A stretch of DNA of 64,000 bases, from contig RBNJ01000008.1 in assembly GCA_003990765.1 (NCBI GenBank), positions 1 through 64,000 of the forward strand, in the 5' to 3' direction. Within the stretch, counting starts at the first letter, position 1. Each line of letters begins with the position of its first letter. Source of the stretch: Jimgerdemannia flammicorona. Its lineage: Eukaryota. The notes under the pieces are model-generated. The model was given only the letters and a program-made list of their open reading frames with translations. It made no database searches and was not told the origin of the DNA. Positions 30,213-42,377 of this stretch are shown piece after piece. The translations under genes and the position numbers were made by a program.

Positions 30213-33179
30213 ATGACCTCGCCACATGACGCAGACCTTGACCTTGACGAGATCCTCGTTGACGATGGTTGGCCTACTTCCGTTCAAAACCTCACGTCTA
30301 CGATTACAACCGTAACTCCATAACTGACGGTATATTTTTTTTTTTTTTTCTCTTTCGAACAAAGACTCAGACAATGAAGACTCGTACGAACATGAGGTGA
30401 GCCACTAACCACGTTTTAAAATCGCCTTTGCTCATGACTGGTCACTCGCCAGCAAGGTACTGGGTGCTCGCAAATGGAAACCGAGGAGCAGAAAACGTGC
30501 GCATATCAACGGAGACTCCTAACAAATTTCTTCGAACGTACCTGGATGGAGAACTGGTATACGTCTTGTTAGCAAGCAGCAAACGTTTGAAAAACGGGCG
30601 AACTAACTATATTGGTACGTTGTTTAAGCAGATTACAGAAGTAACGGAAGAAGACGTAGAACGTGGAGTTGATGTCGTAAGCTTCCGAGCACATTTTCGT
30701 ATATTGTTGTGTTCGAATTATTTACCCACAACTTATTACTAATCCTGGACTTGTCATAACTCCGTTCTTTAGCAAGGCATTCCATGGAGCCAATTGCCAG
30801 TCACAAGAGAAAAATACAGAGATACCAGGTACGGAGGCTAGAAATCACACATGTAGGCGAGGAAGGGGTGGTGGACTGTCCTGTCCTGTCCTGTCCTGTC
30901 CTGTCCTGTCCTGTCCTGTTGTCACTGAAGCAAAGCTTTTCGTTAATCACCATAATGATGTAGACTACAAGACTATCAGAATTATGAGAACTTGCGTGCG
31001 CCACATGACGAAATCAACAAAGTGAGCGTGTTGCATTTTTTTGGGTCTTTTTTCCTAGGACCCTTGAGTTGCTAAAGATCGGTTCTCTTCCACAATCCAA
31101 ACCAAGGAAATCAAACCGGTAGCGGCCGACGCTCAATTCTATAAATTCAAGTATACAAAGCTGACGGAAAAGTGCTCGATCGCGCATTTTCAGCTCTGTA
31201 ATCTGCTATGGGCGACAAGCAAAAATGATATTTTCTATACATGTGAGTACTATTGTAGTAGAAGCCATGATAATAAGAATACGTGGATGCGTGTGTTACC
31301 CGCAGTTCGGGCGAAGGTCTTGGGGGATACAGAATCGATTGAGAGCAATAAGGGCGTGAGAGAGTTCGGTTGGGAAAGTGATCTGGCACATTACTGAAGC
31401 TCAGTATATTAATACTCCCTGTTTTCCCACACTTCTTGTCTAATGTCAATTTATTTGCTGCCACTTAAATCTCCGCGTGCGGGTTGCGTACCCAATTTAA
31501 GATGCCTCATGCGTTCGTCAATGGTCCCCACACCTCCGCACTTCCCGTTCCGTAATGGACTTGCACCACACAGATAATCCTGCCAGTTTCCCGATCAAAG
31601 TTAGCACGATGGCTTGTCGGGATGATGTTATGCTCGTTGGCGGCTTCTGTGGCGAGTACGCTTTCCAACGGCTGGATTCACAATATTCGCCTGCCAACTA
31701 CGGCATCATTACATCGGACAATAATGGTATTACGAATCATATGGACATTATTCAGGGAAGAAGTGGTGGTAAGTTTGACTATTACCGGTTCAGTCGGGAC
31801 AGGACTGGGCATAGTAAGGGTGTAGTTGAGACTTGATCTTGGATCTTTAGGCTAGTTTTAAATTAAGAGGATGATGAATCGAATATGGGATTCGCTTTGT
31901 ACCTTATTTTCCATGAAGCGGAAGAATTAACCGATGAATGGCTGCGTTTGGCTCAGGTTATCGCGATGTATTGATTACTTTATGTGTGATGTCTTTAGAC
32001 TGTCATAATAGCTAATGAGTATGTTTGATTATTCTCCCAGCCACCCAAGCCGTTATTTCCAGCAACGACGACCGATCACGTATTATGGACCTAGCAACGC
32101 TGAAGATAGCTTCTACTTATTGCTTCCCATGGGCAGTCAACGTACGCATAGGGCCATCCTGATTCACCAGTTTTTACTTTATTGTGACTGCTCGCTGACG
32201 ATTGCGTGCTCGATGTCTTTGGTGTATTCCCTTCCCTATAGTGTACGACGCTAAGTCCCGATAAGCGTATGCTTTGCGTCGTGGGTGACTCGACAGAGAC
32301 ATTTATTGCCAATGCAGATACGGGCGAAGGTGAATCTAGGCGATATTTTTCTACCTGTCACTTAATGACGGTACCTCCCGGCTTATTTATGTTGTTCCAT
32401 TTTGTACAATCATTCGACAGTTATCACTACTCTGAAAGGCCACATCGACTATTCGTTCGCGTGCTGCTGGAGCCCGGACGGTCGAATCGTTTGCACAGGT
32501 AACCAAGATATGACGACAAGGTGAGCAGATTCGTGGTTATTGAGTGGCACAGGTGGGTATATACCAAATATGTGGCGCATGTGACCAACTCTCCTCCTTC
32601 GTAACGACCTCCCCAATCCCTAGATTGTACGATACGCGCAACCTCTCGAAAGCATTCTGTGTACTGGGCGCCAAGCTTGGAGCTATTCGGTCATTGCATT
32701 TCTCGGCGGATGGGCGATATCTTGCTATGGCAGGTTCGTTTTGATTTTAATTGTTAATGTTAGTGAAGCATCACCATTACTTTCTGTGTGATTTACATGC
32801 GTGCGTAAGATTCGTCGATTGATCTTGATGCAAATTGCATTGTAACTTCTTTGCTTGAATCGAAATCGTGATATGTACGAAATCTACAGAGCCAGCCGAC
32901 TTCGTCCACATCTTCGACACCAATACCTTTGACCGATCACAGGTCATTGATTTGTTTGGCGATATTGCTGGCGTGAACTTCACTCCGGATGCGCAATCGC
33001 TCTATATTGCAAACGCGGACGAAGCGTACGGGTTCGTATCAATAGGCTGCACGACAATGTAGGAATGATAAGTTGAATGAGCTGACTAATTTTGTCCTTC
33101 TTCTACATCACACAGATCAATTCTTGAATATGATGTATCCAACGATTGTAGGAACTGGATGGGTCATTTGACGACATAG
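30213..33179 (+). CDS. WD40-repeat protein of the DUF2415 / S. pombe SPBC2A9.03-like family, multi-exon
   Basis: DV-QGIPWSQLPVTREKYR, HFQLCNLLWATSKNDIFY, NGITNHM, GHIDYSFACCWSPDG, GNQDMTT, LGAIRSLHFSADGRYLAMAEPADFVHIFD, QVIDLFGDIAG. Confidence 0.85.
30876..30918 (+). repeat. (CTGTC)n intronic microsatellite
   Basis: About 8 perfect pentamer units. Confidence 0.9.
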
Positions 33180-33679
33180 ATAGATTTATATAATTAGGGG
33201 GGGTATATGCAATAAAACCGCTTGTGACGTCATCATTATTGTTAATAAAATTTCTTGGTGTTCGACTTTGTGAGTATTCTTGTTTTTTACCTTCGCGTTG
33301 GCGCTGTACTCAAGCTATTTGAACATATGCTTCGTTGCCTGTAGATTCTGTTGATAAAAATCACCACCACTGAAGGTAAGCTTTTTTCATTCAACCGCCC
33401 GTTTGCCTGTCGAGGCCAGCAACACGTAGTTTTTTACCCGCGATTTCGGTATTGGGCTGCCGCCATTCTTTGATCTCCCCTTGCTCTTTTTTTGATACCT
33501 CGTTTACCCGTTCGCCCTTTGCGCCGCTTTCGTTACGTTTTTGATACTTTTTACCTCCTTATCCCATCGGCCCAAAATCTCATTGGTGCTGCTCACTTGA
33601 CTCATCAAATGTGTTTATCTGTTGGTTCAAAAACATAAAATGTTGAGATATTGAAGGTGAAGAAATGGTTTCTAGGTCG

Positions 33680-34081
33680 TGCTTAAATTAGTTATAAGAA
33701 TATTAAATATATTATAATATAAGAGTTAAAAATATTTTAATAGATAAAATTAATACTCTCAAATATCTATTAATTTGAATAATTTAAATTATTCAAAAAA
33801 TTATTATTATTATAATAAATATTATAAACTTAAGTATTTGATCATTAGAGTTAAATTACTTAAATTAAATTAAATTATTATTTATTATAAAGTATAATTT
33901 CAATTTATAACATATTTTATCCTATAATTTATTTTATAGTTTTTCTTATAATTCTATGTTATTTCTATCTCAAGGTTATTTCTAATTTATAGTGATTTTA
34001 AAATTTAAGTATTTTATCTTAATATCTTAAAGCTAATAGACAATACTTAGTTTAATACTTATAATACTCACTCACATTTTA

Positions 34082-34114
<33 letters not shown>

Positions 34115-34115
34115 C
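33680..34115. other. Very AT-rich islet (probable eroded TE relic)
   Basis: Abrupt compositional shift, ends in T and A runs. Confidence 0.45.
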
Positions 34116-34863
34116 ATATTCGTTGTCAACCATAAAGGCATTTTAATATGCTTGTAATTGGTTTCTAGGACTGATTTCTCAGACCTTGGTGCCAACGCGT
34201 CGTACAAAGTGTTGGACTCTCCATCAAACCCATCGTTGATAGCATCATACAATGGCAAGTGCATGCAATGTCCGGAACGACTTATGTGAAGTGGCAGGAG
34301 CTTAGAGTGACCATCGTTCACTACCAACTATGCACTGTGGTGAAATAATAAAAAACCCCCCTAATGTTGAATCAGTAAAATGATGTTTTCGCTTGTATTT
34401 TCATCACCAGACCCTCTCGATACAGACTTTCATTTGATACTTCACTGCCAGGATCAAAGGCAAAACATATATATATTTAAAAAAAAAAAAAAAAAACACA
34501 GCCAGGGAATCAATGCCTATGCCTATTGATCCATGTTTCGACGCCAGAGGCGTATCGACAACAGGCGACGACTTCACAACACTGGGACCCATGAAGGCGC
34601 ATTATGTACTGAGTTTCTCATGGCCCGTTAGAAATAAATACTGGAATAGATCTTTGCGATGAATGTTAGCTCATTTTCCGCCAAGCCGACCAGCTAACCT
34701 GTTTCGTGCCTGACCGGCAAGACAGTCACCATTGCAAATTGGTGGCCACTCAACACTCCTTCCGACTCTACAACCCCCCCCCCCCCATACGCTCTTTACA
34801 ACAACACATCCTCTATCTCCCTCCTTTCACCTTCCTCACCGACACCGACTCTCCTTTAAAACA

Positions 34864-35257
34864 ATGGCGGAACGACAGAAACGAGTTTTGCAAGAGAAGA
34901 ATGAGCGTTTACTTCTCGAGATGATCTCCCTCTCAGGCAACAATCAGTGTGCAGACTGTGGCGCCAAAGGTTTGTAAGACAGCTGTTGTCTAACTTCGTG
35001 CCAATTCGCTTTAACTTTGCACGTTCCCGGAAACGTCCGTTCCCACTGTCTCATTGTCTTTCTTTCTTTGCTTTCGTAGGACCCCGCTGGGCATCCTTCA
35101 ATCTTGGAGTCTTTCTCTGTATTCGATGTGGCGGCCTTCACAGGAAGATGGGCACTCACATTTCGAAGGTCAAGTCTGTGACACTAGATTCATGGACACC
35201 TGAGCAAATCGAGGTGTGTAAATGAACTAACTATATCATCGAAACCGAATAAACCAA

Positions 35258-35296
<39 letters not shown>

Positions 35297-36378
35297 TGTT
35301 TTCCCATTATTAATTGAAGCAAGAAGCATGTTTGCATACTTGTCAATGATTTTTTTTCACTCCAATCCTTAACCGCCTCTCTCTTTTCTTTTCTTTTCTT
35401 TTTTTCCTTCGTCATCGCTTCCCAGATGATGAAACAAGGAGGGAATTCAAAAGCTAACGCTAAATATAATCCGCACCCAGAGCAGCACCCGCTGCCTCTT
35501 GCAGAAGATGATAGGTTCAAATCGCTATTATACCCTATTTCACGCTACGCCTAAATCTTCTGGTTAGAAAAAAGTTATAAGGGAGACGATCATACTAACA
35601 AGAACTGATTTGTATAATTTTATTCAGCGGGATGGAGCGATACATTCGAAGTAAATGGGAGAAGAAGGCGTTTATGGAACGTGAGGAGCGTGAAAAAGAA
35701 AGTGTAAGTCGAGTTTTAATCCTTGATACCGGATTGAGGACGTTGTCAACGAGTCCATCTCTAAAAACTTCTGTCATGCAGTTATAATACCCGCTCGTTC
35801 ATTCCCTCATACTCTCCCAATCTGTTCATAAATTTGTAGCCAAAACCGCAATCATCACGTCAACTACAAGTTGTCTCCGCACCTGTTCGCTCGTCTTCTG
35901 TTCCCGTCGTCTACCAAGGTTCAAATCACGGTCCCGCGCTGCAACGCCTTCGCGACATGGGCTTCCACGACCAGGATCGCAACCGTCAGGTGTTGACGCA
36001 AACTCAGGGCGATATTGACGCCGCCGCCGAAATTCTTCTCCGCCTGCCCGGAGCACGCGCTCCCAGCAGCCAACCATCCTCGGCGCAAGTCTCCGACGAG
36101 CACAAACTCACTCAGCTCTGGAACATGGGTTTCCAGGATGATGCGAAAAGCCGCGAGGCGCTACGTCGTACGGGTGGTAATGTGGATGTGGCTGCGGCGA
36201 TTCTCCTTGAGGAGCGGAAGAATAATCAACACCGCCTCTCGCCCGCCTCGACTCCCAGCCCGACGCGCGATACTTTCGATCGCGCAGAAAATAGTGGGCG
36301 TACGCAGACAAACCAAGAGAGGCAGAACCACAAATTGTCTGGTGCACAGCCATCTCTACAACAACAGCAACAGCAGCA

Positions 36379-36445
<67 letters not shown>

Positions 36446-38098
36446 CAGCAACAACAGCAACAACAACAGCAACAACAACAGCAACAACAGCAACAGCAAC
36501 AGCAACAGCAACAAGCTCAATTGCTCAATGCAAATGCTGTCTCATCGGCAAATAATCCGTTCTACCCGCAAAGCGCTTTTGGGCAGTCAGGAACTATTTA
36601 TGGTAGGATGTAATTTTCTAACAGTCGTTGGGTACGATGACCAATATCTCGTAATTTTGTATTAATATTCTCTAATTCATAACGTGCATCGGATACCAAT
36701 TCATCTCACCAGCTGGGTTACAGCAGCAGCAGCAGCAACCCTTCCAGAATAATATCAACAATCCCCAAAATCCCTCAAATTTCTCACTCTATGGCACTTC
36801 CTCTCAACAGCAGCAATCTCCACAACAGGCATCCAATGGCATCTCTCTTTTCAACAACACCAACAACACGTTTGCTCAACAACTCCAGCAGCAACCAGCC
36901 TTAGCTTCTCCATTTAACCAGCAGCAGACCCCGTTCTCGTCCTTGACCACTCTCACTCCTACCACGCCTGCCGGTAACGCTGGCATGAGCGGATACTTTG
37001 GTGCTGGAAGCGTGTCCTCGGCGGTTACGGGAAATACAACCCCTGGGGGGGCTGGGTTTGGCGGGTTGGGTGCACAGCAGCAACAACCCCATCTTACCGG
37101 TTTTAATGGGTTGACCTCGCAGCAGCACCAGCCACAGCTTACTGGTTTCAGTGGGTTGGCCTCGCAGCAACAGCCGCAGCTTACGGGTTTCAATGGGTCG
37201 GGGCATCAGCAAGTATTGAGTGGCGTGCCCATGTTTGGTGGAATGAGTGTGCAACAGACGGGATTTGGGGTATGTATGATGAATTCAAAAGTTGTCATCG
37301 TGATGTAATTATGTGACTGAAATCGCACACACAGGTGTTATGTTTGTTTAACTTTCTCGATTTCGAAAACATTCATACACGTTTTGATATATCTTTTTTC
37401 AATTCGTAGCAGCAGGCTGGGCTTTCCTCGAATGCCTCAAGTATCGGGTTTAGCAAGTAGGTGTTAATCGGGTTTCTTCTCTTTTTCGGCTTCTTTTCCA
37501 TGTCCCTGCAACCTATGTTTTCTTCTGTTTTATGGGAAGACTCGTGGCATGAAGTTGGCATGGACATTACTGGCAGTGCTCTAGAGGGGAGATGAGTGTT
37601 TGGAAATGAGGCGGAACGGCTTTAGACTTTGGGAAATCAGCATTCTATACCAAGATGCTGGTCAATACTTAAAACACCTTGGCCAATTTCCTTTCTCTGA
37701 CTCGTTTCCGATTCTCGAATTCTCAACCCACCCTCAGCTCCCAACATCTATCTACACCGACTCGCTCCAACACGATACCTTCCACATCTACCACCAACTT
37801 TCAGTTCGGGTCCAACTCCCCACATTCGAGCTGGAGCTCCGCCGTTAACACGCTATTAACTTCAGCTGGTAGTACCAACCCGTTCGGCATGTCTCCGAAC
37901 ATGGCCGTGGGTGGTAATGGATTGGGATTCCCGGCAGTCAATTCGGCGAATGTCTCTACTGCCGGCCAGTTTGGTGGATTTAGTGCACCTTTGCAACCCA
38001 ATGTGGGCACACCAGTAATGTCCACGAACGGACAACCCGTAGTGACTCCTGGGTCAAATAACCCGTGGGGAAGTAGCCAGGGTGGAAGTTATTTTTAA
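34864..38098 (+). CDS. ArfGAP-domain protein with two UBA domains (Gts1/Ucp3/SMAP-like endocytic adaptor), multi-exon
   Basis: [37 protein letters not shown]rfGAP zinc finger, RYIRSKWE, two UBA motifs (MGF...[13 protein letters not shown]...[11 protein letters not shown]), NPF motifs. Confidence 0.9.
36359..36514 (+). repeat. Polyglutamine tract, 52 codons, in the ArfGAP-UBA gene
   Basis: Counted in frame. Confidence 0.93.
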
Positions 38099-38318
38099 GG
38101 GATAGCCGCTAGTTTTCGTTGGCGGGAAAAAAGGCAACAAAAGAGAGTTGAACATGGACTCTAGCATGTAGACTTTTTTTTTTTTTTTTTTTGTATTATG
38201 TGTAGTAATGATAGACTTTCGTGTCTCTTAAGGACCTTCATGACATAATTGTGTCCAAGCCACTGCGAAAATATCTCAATTTCCTTGTGCCAACAATCTT
38301 GCATTCACTCTTCAAACA

Positions 38319-39454
38319 ATGGACCCCCAAACCTCCGCAAATCCCTCCAGTGAGGAGGCCTTCCGCATCATTCTCGCCGATGCTCCGAGATTGATTCGCA
38401 AAGCCATCGAGCTCGAATGGACCGTTGTTCGCTTCTTCGTTCTTGGCACCATTGTCGCAACTGCCCTTACTGCTGCTTACCTAATGTTCGTTCTGCGAAA
38501 TTCCAAGGCGCCTCTCAAAGTTTGGGAGTCCCTCGGGGGGCCTGCCATTAAGTTATTTAGACCTTGGTTATTTGCAGTCTTACTCACAAACGCGAATCCT
38601 TTCTCTGGTTCAATTCGTACGTACGCCGTGCTAGTTTCTTGTTTTGTATTTTTCTAGTTTAAATAGACCACATTTTTCCAAAGACAAAATGTGAAATTGA
38701 CCTGCGAGTGTCCCTTCTCATCCTCGTAGATGTTCGCATCACAACGCTCACAAAAGGCAGCTGCAGCGGTTTTTTGAAGGTGAGAATAATTCACCGCCGC
38801 GTTACGACTATTTCATCTTTACGTCTCGAATACTGACATGTAAATTCGGCCCCGCCGTTTCCAGGATCAACGCAAAATCCGGAACCCGTTTAGCAGGTGT
38901 TTAGCACACCACAATTTTTACAAAAATGTCTGAAGGAATGTTGACAATTTTTTGCTTCTCGTTTTCTAGTATCCACGCCGGCGCGCTTGTTACGTTTGCC
39001 GAAACAATCGGGGGACTGGCTGCCATTTCAACCTTAAATATTAAGGATAGAGCTATCCTAATTTCGCTCAAGATCGATGTATGTTTACATACGCTATGAG
39101 AACGCATAATATAAGATGAACGGGAAAATGCAATGGAAACTACATCAATATTGACGCCGTTTGTTACTAATATTCACCCCATTTTTTACCTTGCCTCCAC
39201 CCAGTATAAAAAGAAGGCTCGTGGTAAGTTATCAAACATATTCGTCCGTGTCTGACTCCAACACGCCCAACCTCATACAATTCAATTTTCTCCCTTCATC
39301 ATCCGCAGGCTTGATCACTGCCTCATCCCAATTCTCTCTAGGCACAGACATTGGCCAGCGTGAGATTGATCATGAAGTTGTCCTCAAGGATGCAGGTCTT
39401 GACACCGTCGCTGTTGCACGCCTCACGTGGGCGGTGGAAACCAAGGACGCGTGA
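38319..39454 (+). CDS. Hotdog-fold thioesterase-like protein (PaaI/DUF4442-like) with an N-terminal transmembrane segment, multi-exon
   Basis: Hydrophobic FFVLGTIVATALTAAYLMFVL; NPFSGSI; NPFS-SIHAGALVTFAETIGGLA; YKKKARG; ends VARLTWAVETKDA*. Confidence 0.7.
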
Positions 39455-40353
39455 TTGCCAATGAAAAACAATTCAGCACATCACGGACTTTGCCCGGGTT
39501 TCCCTCGGTCACGCACCTATCTCAATGTGTCACCTCGTTACTGGTTATTTGAGTATTTACTCAATATCTCCATCTTCTGCTCTTATAAAGTTCACATCCT
39601 TCTTTGACATGTTACAAAACCATTGACCGTGACATCGCTGTCAACTTCCCGATATGGGCATTATAATATTGTGGCAGTCGGAGCGTTGGCTCGTAAATTG
39701 GCATAGAATTCTTAAGACTATCACTGATAGTACTTTTGGTCGTTCCACCTTTAGGTGCATACTTGAAAGCTACAATAGGAAATACACGTGACTGATTCAG
39801 GGCATTGAACAAATTATGAAAAAAGGACGATTGAATATGACTCAACACATACTATCTGTCCCAATACACCTGCTTGTGCTTTAACATCGGGAGGTATGGA
39901 TCAGGAATACATACGGGCGAAGTGCAAGACCGTCTTTGCGGTTCCTAGTGTTAGTAGTGATGGATCACGAAGGAGTGGTTTGCTTTATTGAGCATAGCAC
40001 CAGCAACTTGGGAAAATTTTTTCTGATACACCCTCGCGGATGGATTGAGTCGGACATTGATAGACAACATTGGCCATTGCTAGCCGACATCACCAGAGCA
40101 GTGCCAAACTGGTGCCCCTGAGGACAGCTCTACCCAACAAAGCCTGGCAAACTCACAGGTGCATGGACTCATTCGAGTCTAATATGATGCAAAAAAGATG
40201 TAGTTAGCAATATTCTTTATAAGATATTGTTATTTAATATCACTTTGCCATGTCCACACTGCCTGTCACATCCATACTGCTTCTGCTTATATCATTCAGA
40301 CAACTCCAAGCAACTATCTAACATTTCACTAAGAAATATATCCTGGGTTCTAT

Positions 40354-42377
40354 TGTAAGAGAGTTACTTTATTAGAATACTGTTACATAGTTCTGAAAGG
40401 GTTTTCTGGAAGTTCTGGATATTCTGAAAGACTGTTTTCTTTTAGGTCAAGATCAATTTTATATGGAGTACATTCTCTATACTTATTGATTGCAAGATTG
40501 ATCAGATTGACATCTCAACTAAAGTTCTTTTTCAGACTAGTTCTAGATGTTCAGGATTTTTCATATTTCAGAAAGTTTAAAAAACTAAGACTAGCTTAGT
40601 TGAATTGGTGTATCACTATAGACAATACTCAATTAGGAAATTTTGAGATTTAGTTAGGAGTGGAATCTAATATAGTATAGATTTACTTAAAAGTAGTTTG
40701 TAGATTATTAAATAGATTTATTCACTATTTATAATATTGTTATACTAGAAGTAGTATATAAAGAAATATTGTGGAGAAGTGTTCAGAAGTTCTTATCTAT
40801 ATTTCTGTCTATTTATATCTGAGTTTCTGAGGTCTGGAGGAGTGGATATTTATATGTACTAATGGAAGGCTATCTAAACTATACTAAATATAGATATAGT
40901 ACTTAAGTCAGAATACAGTCATATAGTATAAGTATGAACTGATATATCAAGAAGTCATCTAATTGCTAAGTCAGTATACAGTTATATAGTATAAGATTAA
41001 TTTAACTATATTAATAACTGCTAAGCTATCTATAGATTTAGATACTATCTGGATATTCTTCAATGAGGTCACCATTGATAATATTATCTCTAATAAAGTA
41101 GTTATCTAAGAAGAGTAGTTCTTGAATGATGTCTTTCTATTCATTTATATAGTAATAGATTGAAACTATATTACTATCTTATAGGATAGTATCATCTGTC
41201 TCATATACTAGATAGGGTATTGGTAGACAGAGAAGGAGTATATTATTTTTGCTTTCATCAGATTTGCTATTAATATATCTTTGATAGATTATGATACTAT
41301 ATATTATAAAGTTATAGTATACTAGTAGCTATGGTTTATTTCATTCATACTCAAGAGGTGAGATTATTAGTTTGATCTTGAGAGTTGTTGAAGATATAGA
41401 TTATATTCTCTGATCTCTTCATTGTAGTTGAAGTAATCAGACATAAATATAAGTTAGTACTTATGCCAGTGATCATTATTTCAATAGGTCTCATAGATAG
41501 TTATGAACTATTATAAGTTTATTAGTAAGGTTAGTAGAGTGATTGAGATTGGTAGAAATTCTTAGCTGGAGATCATATCAGTATCAGAGAGATTATTATC
41601 TTCTACTTTATTATTATTAAACTGAATTATATTATAAATATCTTTCATAGTACATATATCTAACTTAGAGCATTTGCAGAATGTGATTATTGGGGTATGG
41701 AAAGGGTCTATTTGTAGTTTAGATATACTTGATATACATACTTATAGTTGAGTTCTTATACTATATTATCAATTTGATTATAAGATAAAGTAATAACTAT
41801 TTCAACAGTAGTAACTCAGAAGTAAGAAATAAAGATACTATATTTATAAAAGAGTTCTCAGTATTTACAAGCAATGAGTTTCTAATATTGGAACATTTTG
41901 GTAATATCTATATTATAGTGATAATTGATCATATCTTCCAGGAGACAGCTGATCTGATAGTAGTTTGAGATTTGTCTAATTTAGTAGACCTTACTAAATA
42001 TATTCAGAGTATTCTATTGGGCTTTTACAAAATAGAAGAGTGCTAGACTATGGATATTCATAAGGGGTAGAGAAGCTATAGCTCAGTTGATAATAGTATT
42101 CTAAATATCGGTATAGATATAATTATAGATTTCAGTAGTTATGTTTAGTATATATTTGAGAGTTGTAGTTATTTGTTTAGTTTGTTATAGTTCTCTATTT
42201 TGATATATCTATATATTCAGTATATATGTTTTTGATCCTAATTAGTAATATTTAATTTTTGTAAATCTTGTATTCTATAACTTTAAGTTGACTCAGCTTC
42301 ATAATCTTGTAAATGATTTCCAAATTTATTCTGAGAGTGATGCATAATTTTGATAGCTTGGAGGTTGCATACTTACA
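40354..42377 (-). repeat. 3' LTR of chromovirus-family element copy B
   Basis: Homologous to 946-3008; TGTAAG/CTTACA ends; polypurine tract AAGAAAGAGAGAG directly upstream on the minus strand (~42379-42391). Confidence 0.9.

Noticed and set aside
39480-40350. Possible gene or TE fragment at the right edge of the gene island
   Set aside because: Only short ORFs, no recognisable motif.
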